From: the human T2T-CHM13v2.0 reference genome, Homo sapiens
Reading direction: 5' to 3' (one strand)
Assembly: GCF_009914755.1 (NCBI RefSeq)
Contig: NC_060926.1
Length of the DNA: 64,000 nt
Of this stretch, positions 56,093 through 64,000 are shown piece after piece. Every line of letters begins with the position of its first letter. The first letter of the stretch is position 1. The notes under the pieces were generated by a model. The model made no database searches. It was given only the letters and a program-made list of their open reading frames with translations, and had not been told where the DNA came from. The translations under genes and the position numbers were made by a program.

Positions 56093-57953
56093 TAACACAT
56101 ATGTTAGATACATTCTTAGAGTGGAATATATAATGCATTATACATTATATATAACCTATATATTATAACATGTTATATATTATATTACTATATTATGTTA
56201 TAATATATGTTATGTATAATACATATGTTGTATATAATATATAACATATTATATATTCCACTTTAAGCATCCATTAACAAGAACTTACTATTCTCAATAT
56301 ATCTAGGTTCTTGTTAGAGATCTTCAAACATAAAATCCTGGAAAATGATAAAACCAAAAATAAAATCCTCTTGGTCTGACTGAGGGATCCCTTGCAGGAT
56401 TTTCCCTGTGAGCTCATAGGCAAAGCATTAGGTATATTATTCATTATTTTCCCAATTTTCTTTCATGTTCCAACTATTTATTTCCTTTCCATTTCTTTTA
56501 TGTGCCATTCCTAGTCTACAGAACATTAGCTGTTTGTGTTTTTCTTGCTCTTTTGGCAGCCCTAGAAATTTTATCTTGGTTTAAACCCAGAAAAAGTATC
56601 TTTCCAAATTTCTTATTAAATACTACACTGCACAGCCTTGAGAGTTCATTAAACACTAAATGACAGCGTCAGATGTAGACATAAGTAGATGGTACGTTTA
56701 AAATTTAAAGGGTAGGCTTGAATTAAGGGAACCAGACAAAGCCTGTCTGGTTGAAAAAGCCAATAACCAATAAGTTCCTAATCATATTTACAACTGACCT
56801 TCCGTAACTTAGATAGAAAAATGTGGAAATGTTGAGTCATGGAAATTAACTAACATCATACAATCCATACCAGAATAGGAATAAGAATTTTATTTCCCTT
56901 AGTGAGAAATAAATGGATATCCACACTTCTGTATTTTCCACAATTGCCACTGCAATTTTCAAAACTGTAGAAGTTTCTGGAAGAACAAAAAATAGACAGT
57001 AATATTAAGGCAATAAAATTAATACAATACTGAAAGAGTTTGTTTTTCTCTAATTAAATAGGATTAGAAAAATACTTTTACCTTCTAATATTGGCTGCAC
57101 GGCAATATTACAAAGTAAGAAAAAACAATTATTCTGTTGTGAAAATAGAAGAATAAAGTTACAAGTTTTGTGTATACATAGCTAAAAAGTAGGATTCAAA
57201 AGTAGAACTTCAAATTATAACTAAAAAGAAATAGAATATACAATGAAGATTATCAGACATAGATTGGAGTGATGAGATGGGCAAATGATGCTTAATGAAA
57301 CAACTGAAGAAAAGAGGTTTCCTAAATGTATTGGCATCTGAGTGTTTGCTCGTCTAATTTGACGTGGTCTGGATTTTTTTGGCCAGAAAACTGATGTGAA
57401 GAAAAATAAATGTTTTGTCTTGCATGTAGTAGATGCTTAGTAAGTATATTAATTGATTACTTATTCCTGAAGAATTTTCCCCAGTGTCATAGTCCACTGA
57501 TGGGTCCCTTACCCTAACAATGGTTTTGCTGATAATGTGCTTTCTGTGGAGTTATTTTTGATCAAAACTATTGTTATCGACATTCCCTTGTAGAAGTCTT
57601 CCATTAGATAAGGGGACAAAATATATGAAACACTAGTTTTCAGTCATTGGGCAACATTATCTATAAGACAGTGATCCCTAGAGAAGAGAAAGAAAGTGAG
57701 GCTGTGATTGTCTCTGCATACTACACAAAGTTTCTAAACCACAGCTCAGGAAGATGGAAACATGAAGAGCCAGAAAATAAGAGTTTGATAGGCTGAGGGA
57801 GCTAGAATTTGTTTATTTGGGACAGGACACCTAAGACAAGGGAGCTGAACAGAGAGTATACCAGAGATCTGTAGAAAGAGACCTCAAGTTTTTGCTTGAC
57901 AGCATTCTGCAATTGTGTGAAAACAAAAATACCCTAAGCCAGAGAAAGAACTA

Positions 57954-58287
57954 CAGTCATGCATTGCCTAACAATGGAGATATGTACCGAGAAATGTGTC
58001 ACTAGGCAATTTTAACATCATAGAGACAGTACTTACACAAACCTAGATGGTATAGTCTACTACATACTTAGTCTTTATGGTATAGCCTATTGCTTCTAGG
58101 CTATAAACCTGTACAACATGTTACTGTACTGAGACAATTGTAACACAGTGGTATTTTTGTGTCTAATCATACCTAAACATAGAAAAGTTACAGTAAAAAT
58201 ACAGTATTATAATCTGTGGGACCACCATCATATATGCAGTCTGTCCTTGACTGAAGTGTTATCTGGCACATGACTGACATGACTGTA
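57954..58287. mobile_element. Tigger3-type MITE inserted in an old L1 fragment (~57500-58870)
   Basis: ta-cagtcatgcattgcctaacaa...acacaaacctagatggtatagtctactaca...gcacatgactg-ta, with TA target duplication. Confidence 0.85.
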
Positions 58288-59210
58288 ATCTTAAGTAGCA
58301 GGTTAAAAATTCTTGGACCTCACACAGGGATAGTAATATTTTATCCTCCCCAGTCAAAGTGAAAAGACCTCAAAACACAGGAGATATTGGGTAGACTCTG
58401 CAGAAGGGTCTTATCTTAGCAGTGGGGCTGAATTAACTTTAACTAACGTTGCTCTGGATTTATCCTAACAAAGCTTAAAAGTGAGGCTTAAAAGGACCCA
58501 GGTGATTTCAGTTTGCTTATATGTTAGCCAGAGTAAAATCCAACACGTCTCAAAGGACCTAACAACGTAAAATTCACATTGACTGGCATCCAATCAAAAA
58601 TAATGAGCAGGCATGCAAAGAAGAAGGAAAATATGAGCTAGAGCCCGCAGAAAAGTCAATCAACAAAAACAGACCCAGAAATGACAAAGATAATGGAATT
58701 AACAAATTAGGACATTAAATTTTGTAATATTAAGTTGGCTATGTATACTTAAGACAGTAAAGAAAAATCTGAATATGATGAGGAGAGAAATATAAGATAT
58801 AACACACAAAAATGGAACTTCTACATATGGAAAATACAATATCAGAAATGAAAATTCAATGTATTGTAAAGGCAACACTCGGAATAGTAGTTAAGGAATA
58901 TATATACACATTCAAAATAGAAACTAATGATCCCTATAACAACAAAGTTAATTCACAACCTGTTTTAACAGCTTGACTGCTATTGTTCCAGACTTTTATT
59001 TTCCTATATGAATACATATGTCATTAATAGTATTTGAAACAATAAAATATTAATGCAACATTTGTTAAACAGTTATAATAATTTATAGGTAGCTGTGATC
59101 TTTTGTAACTTTAAATAAATATTTCAATATATTCATTTAACATACATGTATTACATTTATTAAGTTAATTCTCAAGGATCAGAAATTTTTCTTCCCTCAA
59201 AGATATATAT

Positions 59211-59590
<380 letters not shown>

Positions 59591-60074
59591 TCAGCAAACC
59601 CATCGCTAATGATACAAGATATAACTTCCCAAGCTGTTACTCTAAAGGAGATAACAGCTATTTAAATTTATTTATTCCATTATCTTTACTAAATTGAAAG
59701 TTTAATTATGTACTATGAAATGGAGTTTGAAAATAATGGTGTTTTTCTTGTTGTTCTGATTACCTTAAGAAGGAGTATTGGCAAATTTGAATGTGTAGTC
59801 TAAGATGTGGTGATAGCTGATTCTTTCCAGGTTAGTAGGTTTTAAAGCAATGATGGGGATAGAATCAGTTTGTGGACCAAGAGTTCTGAAGATTTTAAAG
59901 GGGCTTTAGAGAGAAGTGAGGCCAGGGAGGTCTACAGAGACCTAATGGCCCAAGGGTCTTCAATGCAGCTGTAAAAGACTAGTTTGCTATTTATAGAAAT
60001 CCACATTCTAAATACTAAGTTTCTTAAAGATACTCACACTGCAAGTTTTTATCATAAAAGTAATAATCAGTCAG

Positions 60075-60564
60075 AGCAGGAGTCCACAGCAGGAACCAGG
60101 CCACACAGCAAGAGGTGAGCTGCAGGCCAGTGAGCAAAGCTTCATGTGTATTTACAGCTACTTCCCATGGCTTGTATTACCACCTGAGCTCTGCCTCCTG
60201 TCAGATCAGTGGCAGCATTAGATTCTCATAGGAGCGCGAACCCTATTGTGAACTGTGCATGTAAGGGGTCTAGGTTGTGTGCTCCTTGTGAAAATCTGAT
60301 GCTTGACGATCTCTCACTGTCTCCCATCACCCCCAGATGGGACCTTCTAGTTGCAGGAAAACAAGCTCAGGGCTCCCACTGATTCTACATTATGGTGAGT
60401 TGTGTATTTATTTCATTATATATTACAACGTAATAATAATAGAAATAAAGTACACAATAAATATAATGCACTTGAATCATCACAAAACCATCTCCCACCT
60501 CTGTCTGTGAAAAAAATGGTCTTCTAGGAAACTGGTCCCTATGCCAAAAAGATTGGGGACTGCT
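60075..60564. mobile_element. MER1A (hAT-Charlie)
   Basis: aggaaccaggccacacagca...gcattagattctcataggagcgcgaaccctattgtgaactg...aaaaagattggggactgctg. Confidence 0.88.
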
Positions 60565-61112
60565 GAGTTAGAGTTTATCTTTTAAATCAAAATTTTCAAA
60601 TTATTGATTACCATTGCTGCAAGATTTTTTTTCTAACATTTCTTTTACTTTCAGCCTAATTGCATTTACTACTTTTACGTTGCCGTATTTTAAGCAATTC
60701 AGTAAATAGACTCAAATTTTCATGGTACTGACGAAGAATAAAAAAAAATAAAAATTTTAAAAAGCAGAATATATTTGCGTAGTGTCTAATAAGATATGTT
60801 AAATTTTAAACCAGAGGCATGTTTTAGCAAAGTCTGAATTTATTTACACTCAAAAAAACCTGTTGATATTCTGAAAATGTATTGTCATGTGAAATGTGGA
60901 GAAGACAAGTTGAATGGTAATACCATGTAAAAATAATACTGTATAAAAATGATCAGCATGATTTCATAAAATATTCGGAAAAGTCATAGATTTAACTCTT
61001 GAAATTTTGTTTCTTGCCAGTGAGATTAATAACAGTTATTGAAGTTGTAACATATACCAGGCATTATATTAATAAACTTTATTTTTTTGACCCATTTAAT
61101 CCATATAACAAA

Positions 61113-61785
61113 CGTTTTGTTTGTTTGTTTGTTTGTTTTTTGAGAGAGGGTTTTGCTCTGTTGTCCAGGCTGGAGTGCAGCGGCATGATCGCATCTCACT
61201 GCAGCCTCAACCTCCTGGGTTCAAGTGATTCTCCCATCTCGCCTCCTGAGTAACTGGGACCACAGGTGTGCACTACCACACCCGGTGATATGGTTTGGCT
61301 CTGTGTTCCTACCCAAATCCCTTCTTGAATTGTAATCCCCACCTGTTGAGAGAGGGAGGTAATTAGATCATGGGGGCAGCTTCCTCCATGCTGTTCTCCT
61401 AATAGCGAGTGGGTTCTCAGGAGATCCGATGGCTTTATAAGGGACATTTTCCCCTTTGTCTCTTCTCTCTCCTGCCGCCATGTGAAGAAGGTCCCTGCTT
61501 CCCTTTCACCTTCTGCCATGATAGTAAGTTTCCTGAGGCCTCCCCAGCCATGCAGAACTGTGAGTCCACTAAACCCTCCTTTTTAAATAAATTATCCAGT
61601 CTCAGGCAGTTATTTATAGTAGTGTAAAAACAGACTAATAAACCTGGTGAAGTTGATTTATTTTTTTGTAGAGACAGGATCTCCCTGTGTTGCCTAGGCT
61701 AGTCTTGAACTCCTGGACACAAGTGATCCTCACACCTTGGCCTTCCAAGTGCTGAGATTATAGGCATGAGCCACAGTGCCTAGCC
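61113..61785 (-). mobile_element. AluJ split by a THE1 LTR
   Basis: Right arm at 61113-61285, left arm at 61643-61785. Confidence 0.88.
61286..61642 (+). mobile_element. THE1 (MaLR) solo LTR
   Basis: tgatatggtttggctctgtg...ttcctgaggcctccccagccatgcagaactgtgagtc...cagactaata; 5-bp TSD cccgg/cctgg. Confidence 0.92.
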
Positions 61786-62415
61786 AACAACTCTTAGAGG
61801 TAGGTGATTTTATTATAATCCCCGTTTTTTTTTCGGGCTGAACAACTGGCCCAAGGCCACACAGCTAATATATGGAAGAGCCAAGGTGACAACCTAAATA
61901 AGTTGGCTCCAGATCCTGTGTGCTTAAGCACCATGCTACACTATCTCCATAAAGAAATGGCTCTTCTATGTCTCCTAAAGGCAATACATACATTTTGAAA
62001 GTACTGGCCACCTACATTATATATATGAATTGAAAATAAAATTTGTTACACGTAGAACAAAATAAATATTAAACAAATAAATCTCTCAGTAATCCATTTA
62101 TTTGCAAATAAACCTGTAGAGTTGAAATCAAACATGTCAGAAAAGTTAAATTGCATCACAGTATCGTGGATAGAGTACAGAAGCTATTTACTGATCTGCC
62201 AGTTACTACTGTATCTCTGAGCACGTCTCCTCATTTCTATGTATTTCAGTTTTCTCCTCTGTAAACAGGAAAGTTTGTACTAAATTATTTTTTATTCCTT
62301 TTCATGCATAAAATTCAAAATCAGTTTCATCCTTCCACCTTCATTTTTGGCTAAATGCCACATTTACTGCCACCTGGTGTTCAAAATAAGTAGAATGTTT
62401 TATTATACGAAGTGA

Positions 62416-62797
<382 letters not shown>

Positions 62798-63922
62798 GAA
62801 AGTACATTTTGCTGGTGTTCAGACTTAAGGTCCATCTGTAGATGAGCTGAAACAACCACTTCTGACTGTTTTATATATTAGAGTAATTTGCAAGGAGATA
62901 ACTTCAGTTAGTAAACTTCACAGATCTGATTCAGATTAAAAAAATTTTTTTTTGTTTTTGCTGAGACATAATTTCAACAATTTATAATTGTTTTGTGGGA
63001 ACTTTTTTTTTGCTTACTTGTGATTTTTGTCCACAAATATTTATTTAGCTTATGCAAAGGGCACACCTGATACAGAAAGGCCTTCCTTTAATCATATAAC
63101 CTTGTGTTATATTCTCTTTTGATTTAAAAATTAAAGTAACAGAAAAAGAAAGAAAATATGGTATTTCAGAAATATATATGAAATTAAAACAAGACAAGGC
63201 AGAGGGACAGTAGAAATGGATGTAAATACTGGAATTTTTAAAAAAAGCTTTATTCTAAAATTTTAAATATAATTACTTTTTTGAAGCATTAGTTTTTAAA
63301 TATAGTATCTCAAACTTTGTTTAAATTTATGAAAATACTTTTACTCCTTCCATTACAATAAAATAGATTGGAGGAAATTCAAGATGTGATTGGTTAGGGG
63401 TAACAGGTAGAAGCCCTGGCTAGACAGGTATCCAACGAGTACAGTACAACAGGGTCGATGCCTAAAGAGTCAAAGCACTGTTTGAGGAGAGTTAAGGGAA
63501 CGTAGGCGGTAGCACCAGTGGTGGAGTGACACTCTTCAGAAGAGCTGTGCTCTGTTTAGTTACAGGCCCTTGGTTGTTTTCCAAGACCTGACACACTATT
63601 AAATGGAGATTACTCCTGAGTGTGGCACAGCTTTGAATAGACACCTGTAGTCTTCTGAACAGATATGAAATTTGAATGATAGCTTTAATATCCCCTCTCA
63701 CTTTTTTCATATGTTCACTAGTTTATCCTCTTGAAAGAAAGGAGAAAAAGAAAAGCAGAGCAATTGTAAGTAAAGGCACATGTGGGGAGAGGTATCTGGC
63801 AATGGTTTCTGCCTATTTTGATGAAATATGGATGTTAATGGTAAGAGCTCTATGCCAGAACTTTATATCTTTGCTTTTGGGTCAACTTTGTATTTTTTTT
63901 CTTCACAAAAAATGTAATAAAA

Positions 63923-64000
63923 GGCCGGGCGCGGTGGCTCACGCCTGTAATCCCAGCACTTTGGGAGGCCGAGGCGGGCGGACCACGAGGTCAGGAGATC
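63923..64000 (+). mobile_element. AluY-like, cut by the window edge
   Basis: ggccgggcgcggtggctcacgcctgtaatcccagcactttgggaggccgaggcgggcggaccacgaggtcaggagatc, with CpGs intact. Confidence 0.9.

Overview
Primate (very likely human) genomic DNA: AT-rich and dense in repeats (about 20 Alus plus L1, L2, MIR, LTR and DNA-transposon fossils), with one CpG island (~52850-54100). The island holds a minus-strand non-coding first exon (~53467-53177, donor GCAA|GTAAGT) whose sequence I recognise from memory as the 5' UTR of SCN9A (Nav1.7). On that reading, 1-53176 is part of SCN9A intron 1 and 53468-64000 is promoter and upstream DNA. I found no intact protein-coding exon; the ORF track is noise from repeats, microsatellites and the GC-rich island. 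Best second-look items: (1) a near full-length fossil hAT transposase gene with MER53-like termini, nested inside a MER20; (2) several local inverted-plus-direct duplication scars and hairpins; (3) a uORF start and a G-quadruplex motif at SCN9A exon 1; (4) a U13 snoRNA retrocopy; (5) an Alu-L1 3'-end chimera; (6) an unidentified mRNA-like fragment; (7) a CTCF-like site upstream. I cannot support a wholly new biological system. Repeat subfamily names are by-eye calls and boundaries are approximate.
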